From Candidatus Woesearchaeota archaeon (lineage in GTDB: Archaea > Nanobdellota > Nanobdellia > Woesearchaeales > WAPY01), in contig JBNAUL010000002.1 of the NCBI GenBank assembly GCA_049700835.1, positions 396,275 through 439,470 on the forward strand: a stretch of DNA of 43,196 bases, written 5' to 3'. Positions 27,365 to 36,530 of this stretch are shown piece by piece; position 1 is the stretch's first letter; every line of letters begins with the position of its first letter. Both the position numbers and the translations under genes were made by a program. The notes under the pieces were generated by a model. The model had not been told where the DNA came from, did no database searches, and was given only the letters and a program-made list of their open reading frames with translations.

Positions 27365-30300
27365 TTATATTTTTACATTAAACACCACTGTTTCGTGATT
27401 TTCGTTGCCAATGCTGTCATAAGCTCTTATTGTCAAAACATTTGTTCCATCTCTTGCTCCTAACATTCCGGTATAATAACTGCAATACCTGCAAAGTTGC
27501 GAATAACGCCCTCCATTCAAACTGTATTCAATGCTGTTTACTTGCTCTCCTGTTGACACAATCAACGGAACATTTCTTGTTGTGTAATTTATTCCATTAC
27601 TTGGTGATGTTATATTTATCATTGGTCCTGTAGTATCTAATATAAACCACCACTTTATAGTTCCAATGTTTCCTGCATTGTCAGCAACTCCCAAAGTAAC
27701 ATTGTATCTTCCATCGTCACTCAAAGTTGGATATGCATCCATGTAATAATTGCTAAATGATGCTGAAATGTTTATCTTTGTTCCATTAGTATCAGGGTAC
27801 TCAAGTTCAACAAAACTTAAACTCGGATTAATTCCCGAACCACCAGAAGTTTCTGAATAACTAGCCCAAAAATTAGGTTCTTTGTTATTTATTTTTGAGC
27901 CATTCATTGGTCTGAAAGCATTAATCACAGGAGGTTTTGTGTCAACCTTGAACTGCTGTTCATAAACAGAGCTGTTGTAGCCAAAACTATCACTTGCCCA
28001 AAATCTCAAAATATTATTTCCTTCTGGTGCTTGGAATGTTGTTTTAGTGCTGAATGAATAAATTGTTCCTGAGCCCCATATGTAATAACCCATTGCTCTT
28101 GGGTTATAAGTGCTGTTAACTTGCAAAGTAATGTTTGGCTTTGTCTTGTACCAACCATCAAAACCATCAGGAGTTAATGGGCTGAATGAATAATTCACAT
28201 CAGGCAAATCCACAACATAAACTGTTTTGTTGCAAATCTGACCAAACCATTCAACTCCTTCTTTTAACATCTGCCAACTGCAATTGTATTTTCCAAGAGT
28301 TAGAGGAGCTGTAATGTCAAAAACAAATGTGTAATTAGAGCCAGTATAAACTGTTATGCCTGATAGAATATCAACCCTGTTCAAACCCCAGATTGTATTA
28401 TCTTGGGGTTGTTGGCTTCCTAATCTAAAGTTTCCTGCAAGAGTCCAATCATTCGTTCCTAAATTCTTCATTGTTAATGAAACTCTTTTTGTTTCTCCTG
28501 CTAAAATTCCATTAGGAATTGTTGAGCCCCAACAAGCAGCATCTCTAGCAGGACAACCTTCGTCTATTGAAGCATCGCAATCATTGTCTAACTCATCACA
28601 AATTTCTGTTGCACCTGGATAAACATTTGCTCTTGTATCATCACAATCAGAATTGCATAATCTAAAACCATCTCCATCACTATCTGCTTCATTTGTAGGA
28701 ATACTTCCATCGCAATCATTGTCTAACTCATCGCAAATTTCTGTTGCACCTGGATAAACATTTGCTCTTGTATCATCACAATCTCCTCTAGGCACACTAG
28801 AATTTGCTTCACCAGGATCTAAGCAGTCCAAATCAGAACTTATAATAGTTGTAAAGTTATTAGGCCTATAACCATCATTGTCAGCATCAACATAACACAA
28901 TTCTAAAGCATCGCAGTTCTCATCAATTCCATCTGCAGGGATTTCTGTAGCATTAGGATTGATTGAAGTATTTTCATCATTACAATCACCGCTTGCCAAA
29001 GCCCTATATTTTCCATAAGCACTGCAATAGCATCTTGAATCAGTTATTCCAAAATAATCCTTGTCATTATCATAATAATAATTAATGCAGTTCAAAGCAT
29101 TCCTTTCATTAATCTTTCCATTGCAGTTATCATCATAAGTAGTTAAGCAGTCCTCAATCATTCCTGGATTAACAGTAGCATTATCATCATTACAATCATT
29201 TCCAACAGGACACTCTGAAGTTAAAGCATAATAACCATCATTGTCATTGTCTGTGCAGTTATAACCAACAGCAATCTGTTTTCTGCATGTTTCTCCAAAC
29301 CAAGTAACTCCTTCTTCAAGCATCTTCCAACTAAAGTTATAAACCCCTGATGCATTAGGAGCAGTTATGTTGAATTTGAAAGTATAATTCTTTCCTGTTG
29401 TTATAACAGCGCTATCAGAAATTTCAACCCTGCTCAAACCCCACAAAGAATTGTCCTGAGAGTCTTGAGAGCCAAGTTTGTAGTTTTTTGCTTTTGTCCA
29501 ACTATCCTTTCCAGTGTTTTTCATAACAACAGAAACCTCTGTTACTGAGTTTGCTGTTACCATGTCAGGAGCAATTATCCCTAAGCATTCTGAATTTCTA
29601 AAATCGCAAACTTCATCAACAAATGCGTTGCAATTATTGTCTATTCCATCGCAAACCTCAGAAGCGTTTGGATGTATTTCAGGATCATGATCATCGCAAT
29701 CATCTCCAGAAGGGCATTCAACAGGATGATATGCAAAATAACCATCGTTGTCATTATCAACGCAGTTTAACTCAACACTAACCATTTTCCTGCAAACACT
29801 ACCAAACCAAGCAACTCCTTCCTTTAACATCTGCCAATCACAATCGTAAATTCCAGGGGTGTTTGGAGCAGTAACATTGAATGCAAAAGTGTAATTTTCA
29901 TTCTTTCCTATACTTATGCTTCCTGATTCAATCTCAACTCTGTTTAAACCCCACCTAGTGTTATTTTCAGGATTTTGAGAACCCAATCTGAATGCATTGA
30001 ATTGTGTCCAAGGTTCTGCTCCTTTGTTTTTCATTGTTATTGAAATCTCATACTTTTTTCCAACATTCATAACATTGGGAATATTGGTTGCAATGCACTC
30101 AGCATCAAGGCAAACCTCATCATAACCATCGCAATTCTCATCAACTCCATTGCCACAAATTTCTGGTGCTCCTGGATAAATCAATGAATTGTTATCATTG
30201 CAATCTACCCTATAATCAAAACCGTCCCTGTCCATATCCAAGAAATCATCAACGCAGTCAGCAAAACCATCATGATCACTATCAGCAAATCCTTCATCAA

Positions 30301-31429
30301 TATGACCGTTGCAATTATTGTCTATTTCATCGCAAACCTCAGAAGCGTTTGGATTTACAGAAGGATTGTTATCATTGCAGTCATTATTAAACAAAGCAGT
30401 GTATTTTCCAATAGGACTACATAAGCACTTTGAATTATTGATTCCAAAGAAATCAGAATCATTATCATAATAATAAACAACGCAACCCTGAGCATTCTCC
30501 TCGTCGCTTATGCCGTTGCAATCATTGTCCAAACCGTCTCCGCAAATCTCAATCCTTGGGAATGCAGTTTCATAAGGAATTCCATTATAATAACATGAAC
30601 TCCATTCTGTCCAATTTCCAAGAATGCAAGTCCTGTTTTCAGTTCCAAACTCGCAAACTCCGATGTCTGTTCCGCAACTTCTGAATTCATAGATGTTTTC
30701 ATCTATCATTCCATTGCAGTTGTTGTCAATATTATCGCATAGTTCTGTAGCATTAGGATAAACCAAAGGATTATTGTCATCGCAATCTCCGCCTTCTGCA
30801 GAATAACCATCCATATCATTGTCAATCTCAAAAGTCAATTCTAAGAATGGCTTGTAAGTTGAGGATTCCCTTGAATTAAAGATTGCTTCATCGCTGAAAA
30901 CAGAACTCTCAGAACTATCAATTATTATCCAACCATAGTTTGGAAATCCATTATAAAATTTCTTAACATCATCGGTAACATCAAAAACAATCCATTGCCC
31001 TGGTGTTTTTGGGATTAAGGCATTAGAACTTGCATCCAAAACATAGTAAGGTTGGTTTCTCCAAGTAACAGAGTTTTCTTGCCAATCATTTGCAATCCTG
31101 TGCAGTTCATAAGTTCTTTCTGAAAACCAAGGAGCACTGCTCAAGTAAATGTTAAATTTTGCAGAGGTCAATGTATAATTGCTCGGTTTTGAAGGAAGGT
31201 CAAACTTTATTAATGCCCTCTTAGGATATAGTATGTTTGCCCTTACTTTTATATAAGAATCGCTTCCATAATTCGTGTTTGGATTTGCAAAACTCACATA
31301 ACTGTCTTTGGTTGCAACTGTAGAACTTGTTATCGCTGCAAAACTTTCTTGAAGCAGCAATAAAATTCCAATTGCAAAGAAGATTATTCTTGCATCTGTA
31401 GAGTTCTTTAAAAATTCTTTTCTCATCAT
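27365..31429 (-). CDS. Large secreted adhesin-like protein: DNRLRE domain, MopE-related Cys/Asp repeats, three NBR1-Ig-like domains, C-terminal Ig-like domains
   Basis: Signal peptide ending SFA; KDSYV...NTNYG...RALIKFD...DVTDDV...FNSRE..KPFLEL; eight DC(D/N)D..(I/V)xP repeats; three MKNxG..W...LGSQ...WGL.RV...F.(I/V)TAP...W.ML.EGV.WFG units. GGGGTG SD precedes ATG 31429/31426. Confidence 0.88.
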   Translation of the reverse strand: MMRKEFLKNSTDARIIFFAIGILLLLQESFAAITSSTVATKDSYVSFANPNTNYGSDSYIKVRANILYPKRALIKFDLPSKPSNYTLTSAKFNIYLSSAPWFSERTYELHRIANDWQENSVTWRNQPYYVLDASSNALIPKTPGQWIVFDVTDDVKKFYNGFPNYGWIIIDSSESSVFSDEAIFNSRESSTYKPFLELTFEIDNDMDGYSAEGGDCDDNNPLVYPNATELCDNIDNNCNGMIDENIYEFRSCGTDIGVCEFGTENRTCILGNWTEWSSCYYNGIPYETAFPRIEICGDGLDNDCNGISDEENAQGCVVYYYDNDSDFFGINNSKCLCSPIGKYTALFNNDCNDNNPSVNPNASEVCDEIDNNCNGHIDEGFADSDHDGFADCVDDFLDMDRDGFDYRVDCNDNNSLIYPGAPEICGNGVDENCDGYDEVCLDAECIATNIPNVMNVGKKYEISITMKNKGAEPWTQFNAFRLGSQNPENNTRWGLNRVEIESGSISIGKNENYTFAFNVTAPNTPGIYDCDWQMLKEGVAWFGSVCRKMVSVELNCVDNDNDGYFAYHPVECPSGDDCDDHDPEIHPNASEVCDGIDNNCNAFVDEVCDFRNSECLGIIAPDMVTANSVTEVSVVMKNTGKDSWTKAKNYKLGSQDSQDNSLWGLSRVEISDSAVITTGKNYTFKFNITAPNASGVYNFSWKMLEEGVTWFGETCRKQIAVGYNCTDNDNDGYYALTSECPVGNDCNDDNATVNPGMIEDCLTTYDDNCNGKINERNALNCINYYYDNDKDYFGITDSRCYCSAYGKYRALASGDCNDENTSINPNATEIPADGIDENCDALELCYVDADNDGYRPNNFTTIISSDLDCLDPGEANSSVPRGDCDDTRANVYPGATEICDELDNDCDGSIPTNEADSDGDGFRLCNSDCDDTRANVYPGATEICDELDNDCDASIDEGCPARDAACWGSTIPNGILAGETKRVSLTMKNLGTNDWTLAGNFRLGSQQPQDNTIWGLNRVDILSGITVYTGSNYTFVFDITAPLTLGKYNCSWQMLKEGVEWFGQICNKTVYVVDLPDVNYSFSPLTPDGFDGWYKTKPNITLQVNSTYNPRAMGYYIWGSGTIYSFSTKTTFQAPEGNNILRFWASDSFGYNSSVYEQQFKVDTKPPVINAFRPMNGSKINNKEPNFWASYSETSGGSGINPSLSFVELEYPDTNGTKINISASFSNYYMDAYPTLSDDGRYNVTLGVADNAGNIGTIKWWFILDTTGPMINITSPSNGINYTTRNVPLIVSTGEQVNSIEYSLNGGRYSQLCRYCSYYTGMLGARDGTNVLTIRAYDSIGNENHETVVFNVKI
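28573..28783. repeat. Intragenic direct repeat, 2 x 76 bp (28573-28648 and 28708-28783), one mismatch
   Basis: Both copies encode DCDDTRANVYPGATEICDELDNDCD; period 135 bp. Confidence 0.92.
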
Positions 31430-31509
31430 AGACACCCCCGACTTTCTTTTTATTGGATTTTCCTTATTTTAATCTATTTTTTCTCAATTTTTTTTCACCT
31501 TTTCCATTT

Positions 31510-32877
31510 CTATGGAATGTTAAGCGTTGATGTAAAAACTTCTGAAGTTGTGTTTCTGAAGACATCAAAAACCCTAAAATAGTATTCTATTAGGGCTGTT
31601 CTGTTGTAAAACAAAAGGTAATTAGTGTTTATTGTTTTAGAGCATCTTGTTTCGTTAAAATTGCAGTTGAATTCTGTTCCTAAAAACTCATTATCAACTC
31701 CTATTATTCTCCAATAAAAAACAACGGCTCTTGGATTTTCTTCTGAAAACTCTATTGTAAAATTTGAGTTTGTTATTGTTGAATTGTTTTGCGGAGAGAT
31801 TGAAATTATAAATGGAGGGATTGAATCAACTTTGAAATTGGTGCTTGCATAAGTGTAATCCCCATTCTTGTAAGCCCTGATTATCAGTTCGTGAATTCCA
31901 TTACTTGCTGTTATGTTTATGCTCTTTGAATTGCAGTTAGAGCATAGATTAACAAAAGGATTTTCATCAAGGGAATAGTCCAAATAAGTTGCTGTTTCAT
32001 TGACTGAAACAATTATTGGAATTGTTCCGTTGTAAAGAGTTAAATTGTTAGGAGAGGTTATGTTGATTTTGAGCCCTTTCTTTTGATAGAAAACCTCTGC
32101 TTCTTCTGTTCTTACGCTAAAGCCCCTGTAATCATCTATCTTGAAATAAAATTTAAGATTAGAGGAAACATTTATTGATGGATTAAAAGTGCAACTCACA
32201 TTTTGGCCAATAGGGCAATCAGTTCTCTTCAATGTTGAAAATGATGTTTCGTTTATTGATTTGTAAAGCAATGTTATGTTGAATTGCGAACTTGAATTAT
32301 AAATAGAGGAATTATAGTTAAGAGTGAAAACAGGGCTTGTTATTGTTTCCATGTTTTTTGGAGAGTAAGACAATATTTTAGGAATTGTTTGGTTTGTTGC
32401 ATAAAAGTTCATGCATACCGTGTTCGTAAATGAATAATAAGAATTACCTTGACATGGACCTTTAGGATAAGTTACAACTTTAAAGCAAAGCTGATAGTTT
32501 CCTGGTTTCAAATCAGATGTGTTTCCAGAGAAAGAATTGCAATTAGTGCATATTGTTTGAGAATAGGTTGTTGCTCCATTGACAACAATAACCAAACTTT
32601 GGACTGTTTCTGAGAGAGTAACATTGTAAAAGACCTTTGGAGTTTGATAGGTATTTTGGGATAATGGTCTTATTATGTTTATCGATGGAAGTTCAGGGCA
32701 AACAGGCGGTTCTCCGCAAACCCAGCACTGGTTGCTTGAACCAGGGCATGCAACGCAAGTTGCTGAGTAAGCAGGATTAGAATTTAGGGCAATGTTTATA
32801 ATGAAAGATAAAATTGAAATCAGCAATAGAGCATTCAGTTTTCCGCAGAACCCTCTAAAAAGTTCTCCACAATTCAT
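31510..32877 (-). CDS. Secreted, sequon-rich Ig-like repeat protein
   Basis: ATG 32877 preceded by GGAGGG; hydrophobic signal; Cys-rich N-terminal segment; alternating INI.SP/(L/I)CxxC and PxI.S.SP.N..TIT beta domains; about 20 NxS/T sequons. Confidence 0.8.
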   Translation of the reverse strand: MNCGELFRGFCGKLNALLLISILSFIINIALNSNPAYSATCVACPGSSNQCWVCGEPPVCPELPSINIIRPLSQNTYQTPKVFYNVTLSETVQSLVIVVNGATTYSQTICTNCNSFSGNTSDLKPGNYQLCFKVVTYPKGPCQGNSYYSFTNTVCMNFYATNQTIPKILSYSPKNMETITSPVFTLNYNSSIYNSSSQFNITLLYKSINETSFSTLKRTDCPIGQNVSCTFNPSINVSSNLKFYFKIDDYRGFSVRTEEAEVFYQKKGLKINITSPNNLTLYNGTIPIIVSVNETATYLDYSLDENPFVNLCSNCNSKSINITASNGIHELIIRAYKNGDYTYASTNFKVDSIPPFIISISPQNNSTITNSNFTIEFSEENPRAVVFYWRIIGVDNEFLGTEFNCNFNETRCSKTINTNYLLFYNRTALIEYYFRVFDVFRNTTSEVFTSTLNIP

Positions 32878-33558
32878 AGACCCTCCATTGTTTTTTGATT
32901 TTCTGCTCAAAAAAAAACACCCCTGAATTTTCACTCCTAAGCATCCTGAATTTATTTTTCTACTAAATTAAAGTTATAATTATTAATTATTATTTAGTAG
33001 AAACTAAGAATATCTTATTTAGTATTTAAATATTACTATTCTAAAAAATTAGCAATGCAAAACATATAAGAAAATAAAGAAATATTTTAAAGTATAGAAA
33101 CAGCAAAGTTACAAAAATTCATTAGAAACTAAAAAGGGACAAAATTGCAGTGAGAATAAAATAGAATAGAATGAATAAAAGAGAAAAAAACAAAAATTCA
33201 ACAAACTGGTTTGAGATTTAATCGAAATAAAATTAAAATTAAAAGAAATAATTTGAATTAAGATTTATCAAAAGCAAAAACAAATTAAATTATTAAATTG
33301 AATTCTTTCTGCGGATTTTTTAATTATTTTTTTCAATTTATCTTATCCCAATCTTTAATTGCTTACAAATAAATTGTTTACAAAGAATAATTTTTAATTA
33401 AACAATAATTTTAGTAATAAAAAATCTCTAATAAAAACTGCTACTAAAAAATAATATTATGAAAAATAAAAACATAAAACAATTAGTTTTAGCAAATAAA
33501 AATTAAAATAGAAAAGTAAGGAGAAAATAAATTTAAATAAAAAAACAAAAAAAATTTT

Positions 33559-34623
33559 TTATATTGCTTCTGCCCAGAAATAAATGCTTCCTGAGTTAAA
33601 GTTTCCATTACAAGGTTCTGGCAAACTCAATCTAAAGGTCAATGCCATCTCTGCACCAGGAGCCAAAATATTCGCCACATAATAAGGCCCTTGTTGTTGC
33701 ACTTGTATAATCTCATTTCTGTCATAGAATGTGCTATCAAAGTGATCTCCATATTCTATTCCAACATAACCCTCAACATCACTTCTTCCATCATCCCTTG
33801 TTGAATAAGCACCATTCACTCCATAATAAGCAAAGTTCTCAAGCCTTAAAACATTGCTGTCAGGACACTTTGCTCCTGAATGTGCAGGGTCATAGAAATC
33901 AGTTCCTGAAATAAACATATCCAACAAAACTCCTGAGTTGTTCTCGCAGCCATTATGCACAAGTATTGTTTTTGAATAAGCAGTTGTTCCTGGCTTTACT
34001 GTTCCAAAATCAAGGTTTGCTCCGATAATCTTTAATTCTAATCTTGGGTTTAAGAACCAGTATTCGTCCTCATCAACAGTGCTAAACAAATCATCTAAAT
34101 CAACAACTGTTGCATGAACCCAATACTCACCATGCATCTGCGGCTCAACAGTAAAAGTACACACATAATAAGCCATCATGTTATCCCCTGGAACATAGTC
34201 TAAAACTTCCTCACCAATCCTTGCATTACAACTCTCGTCTATATACTCTCCCCCTGAAAGAACCTCATCTAAAACACAATTTGCCTCAATATAATCCTCT
34301 GAACCTTGCTCTCCAACTGCAACATAAACATCCTTAATCTTCTCAATTCCATTCTTATCCATCACTAAAACCCTCCACTGAATCTGTTCACCAGTAAAGG
34401 CATAATTGTTAATCCTCTCAACAAGCTCTTCTTCACCACCACTAATCCTCCCTGACTCAAGATAGTCATCCAAAACAACCCTGCCATCACACATCCAAAT
34501 CAACGGCTTAAACTGTTCTGCTTCAATGCTTATTCCAACAGAACTTCCAATCTCAACAGCGTTTGCAAATGCTGTTAAGAGAACTGCTGCTAATAATACG
34601 TCTAATATTGTAGAAACCCTCAA
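33559..34623 (-). CDS. Secreted acidic beta-rich surface protein, copy B
   Basis: TTG start after GGGGTGG; signal peptide ending ANA; own TATA-like element ~34700; sequence from EQFK to the stop identical to copy A. Confidence 0.88.
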   Translation of the reverse strand: MRVSTILDVLLAAVLLTAFANAVEIGSSVGISIEAEQFKPLIWMCDGRVVLDDYLESGRISGGEEELVERINNYAFTGEQIQWRVLVMDKNGIEKIKDVYVAVGEQGSEDYIEANCVLDEVLSGGEYIDESCNARIGEEVLDYVPGDNMMAYYVCTFTVEPQMHGEYWVHATVVDLDDLFSTVDEDEYWFLNPRLELKIIGANLDFGTVKPGTTAYSKTILVHNGCENNSGVLLDMFISGTDFYDPAHSGAKCPDSNVLRLENFAYYGVNGAYSTRDDGRSDVEGYVGIEYGDHFDSTFYDRNEIIQVQQQGPYYVANILAPGAEMALTFRLSLPEPCNGNFNSGSIYFWAEAI

Positions 34624-35799
34624 TCAAACCACCCCTTTTTGTTTGTCAAATGCTTTTTTGCTTGTTCTTATTTATTTTTAAGTTAAAAAAACCTTTTAGT
34701 ATTTAAAAATTTATAATAAGAATTAGTGGTAAAAAGAGATCGTCCTAAGACAGAAGTTAAAACAGCAATAAAGCAGGAACAAAACAGAGAATAAAAAACA
34801 AATAAAAAAATAAAAAAAATTTTAAGTTGCTAAAACCTTATATTGCTTCTGCCCAGAAATAAATGCTTCCTGAGTTAAAGTTTCCATTACAAGGTTCTGG
34901 CAAACTCAATCTAAAGGTCAATGCCATCTCTGCACCAGGAGCCAAAATATTCGCCACATAATAAGGCCCTTGTTGTTGCACTTGTATAATCTCATTTCTG
35001 TCATAGAATGTGCTATCAAAGTGATCTCCATATTCTATTCCAACATAACCCTCAACATCACTTCTTCCATCATCCCTTGTTGAATAAGCACCATTCACTC
35101 CATAATAAGCAAAGTTCTCAAGCCTTAAAACATTGCTGTCAGGACACTTTGCTCCTGAATGTGCAGGGTCATAGAAATCAGTTCCTGAAATAAACATATC
35201 CAACAAAACTCCTGAGTTGTTCTCGCAGCCATTATGCACAAGTATTGTTTTTGAATAAGCAGTTGTTCCTGGCTTTACTGTTCCAAAATCAAGGTTTGCT
35301 CCGATAATCTTTAATTCTAATCTTGGGTTTAAGAACCAGTATTCGTCCTCATCAACAGTGCTAAACAAATCATCTAAATCAACAACTGTTGCATGAACCC
35401 AATACTCACCATGCATCTGCGGCTCAACAGTAAAAGTACACACATAATAAGCCATCATGTTATCCCCTGGAACATAGTCTAAAACTTCCTCACCAATCCT
35501 TGCATTACAACTCTCGTCTATATACTCTCCCCCTGAAAGAACCTCATCTAAAACACAATTTGCCTCAATATAATCCTCTGAACCTTGCTCTCCAACTGCA
35601 ACATAAACATCCTTAATCTTCTCAATTCCATTCTTATCCATCACTAAAACCCTCCACTGAATCTGTTCACCAGTAAAGGCATAATTGTTAATCCTCTCAA
35701 CAAGCTCTTCTTCACCACCACTAATCCTCCCTGACTCAAGATAGTCATCCAAAACAACCCTGCCATCACACATCCAAATCAACGGCTTAAACTGTTCTG
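33559..35799. repeat. Direct repeat, 2 x 962 bp (33559-34520 and 34838-35799), period 1279 bp
   Basis: No differences seen by eye and translations are identical. Identity begins exactly at the stop codon and ends in the codon before EQFK. Confidence 0.93.
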
Positions 35800-35899
35800 T
35801 CTCAATGTTTATGCCAACTCCAGTTCCTATATTAACTGCTCCTACTAATGGTAGTAAAAACAACAGAGCAGTTATTCCGCCTAAAAGTTTTTTATCCAT
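34838..35899 (-). CDS. Secreted acidic beta-rich surface protein, copy A
   Basis: ATG after GGAGGT; signal peptide ending VGA; mature start AVNIGTGVGINIET. Confidence 0.9.
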   Translation of the reverse strand: MDKKLLGGITALLFLLPLVGAVNIGTGVGINIETEQFKPLIWMCDGRVVLDDYLESGRISGGEEELVERINNYAFTGEQIQWRVLVMDKNGIEKIKDVYVAVGEQGSEDYIEANCVLDEVLSGGEYIDESCNARIGEEVLDYVPGDNMMAYYVCTFTVEPQMHGEYWVHATVVDLDDLFSTVDEDEYWFLNPRLELKIIGANLDFGTVKPGTTAYSKTILVHNGCENNSGVLLDMFISGTDFYDPAHSGAKCPDSNVLRLENFAYYGVNGAYSTRDDGRSDVEGYVGIEYGDHFDSTFYDRNEIIQVQQQGPYYVANILAPGAEMALTFRLSLPEPCNGNFNSGSIYFWAEAI

Positions 35900-36255
35900 T
35901 TTCCTAACCTCCGTTTATTTTTGTTTTTTATCAGCAAAGCATATTTTTGTTTAGCATTGCGCAATGCTTTGCTCTTTTTCCTGTTGGTCTTGCTTTTTAC
36001 TCAAGCTGCTCCTTTGCGAGCTGCTTGTTAAGTAAGCAAAACCAACGAGGAGCATAAGTGAATTTATCTTTGCATTATCTTTGCATCTTACTTTTGATGA
36101 ACTGATTAAACCCTTGATTCTTATGATGAGTGAGCGTGGAGATTTTCAGAAACATGCTCTCCGCCTTTCCTTCAACCCCCAACCTTTCCACCCCAAGCGA
36201 TTTTTTTATTTTATTTTAGTTAATATATATTACTATTCTTAAATAACAATTATTA
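35900..36255 (-). promoter_or_regulatory. Long structured 5' leader (or ncRNA) upstream of copy A
   Basis: TATA-like TTTAAATA (minus strand) at 36278-36285; imperfect 64-nt hairpin 35983-36046; 16-bp palindrome 35953-35968; stem 36134-36164; G-tract 36165-36198. GC content is higher than other spacers. Confidence 0.55.
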
Positions 36256-36530
36256 TTGATTGTTAATACCGCTCTTATATTTAAATATTTTTGAGATTAG
36301 AAATATAGATTAAATCACAGAAAAAATTGTTAATTACTGGTAGTTTATTAAATGCTATAGTAACTGCCATGTTACTAAAATTTCTTAGTCGGAAAAATGG
36401 ATTTTTTTAAAGTATTAACCAAACAGTTACTAATGATTTGTTGTAACTTGAAGTTAATATTTTTCATGGTTCTCAGAATGAATTAGTTAGAGAGAAAAAG
36501 AACAAAAAACAAAAGATTAAAAGAAAGAAT

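Noticed and set aside
27365..32877. CxxC motifs as multiheme cytochrome sites
   Set aside because: None is followed by His (no CxxCH).
33559..35799. The 962-bp repeat as a DGR TR/VR pair or IS-related repeat
   Set aside because: Copies show no adenine-specific mismatches, both are complete genes, and there are no terminal inverted repeats or transposase.
35983..36046. Hairpin as SRP RNA helix 8 (minus strand has GCAA loop then GGAGCAG) or RNase P RNA
   Set aside because: The 5' side reads CAGC rather than the conserved CAGG, and no Alu domain or RNase P GAGGAAAGUCC motif is seen. Kept only as an unassigned structured leader; cmscan would settle it.
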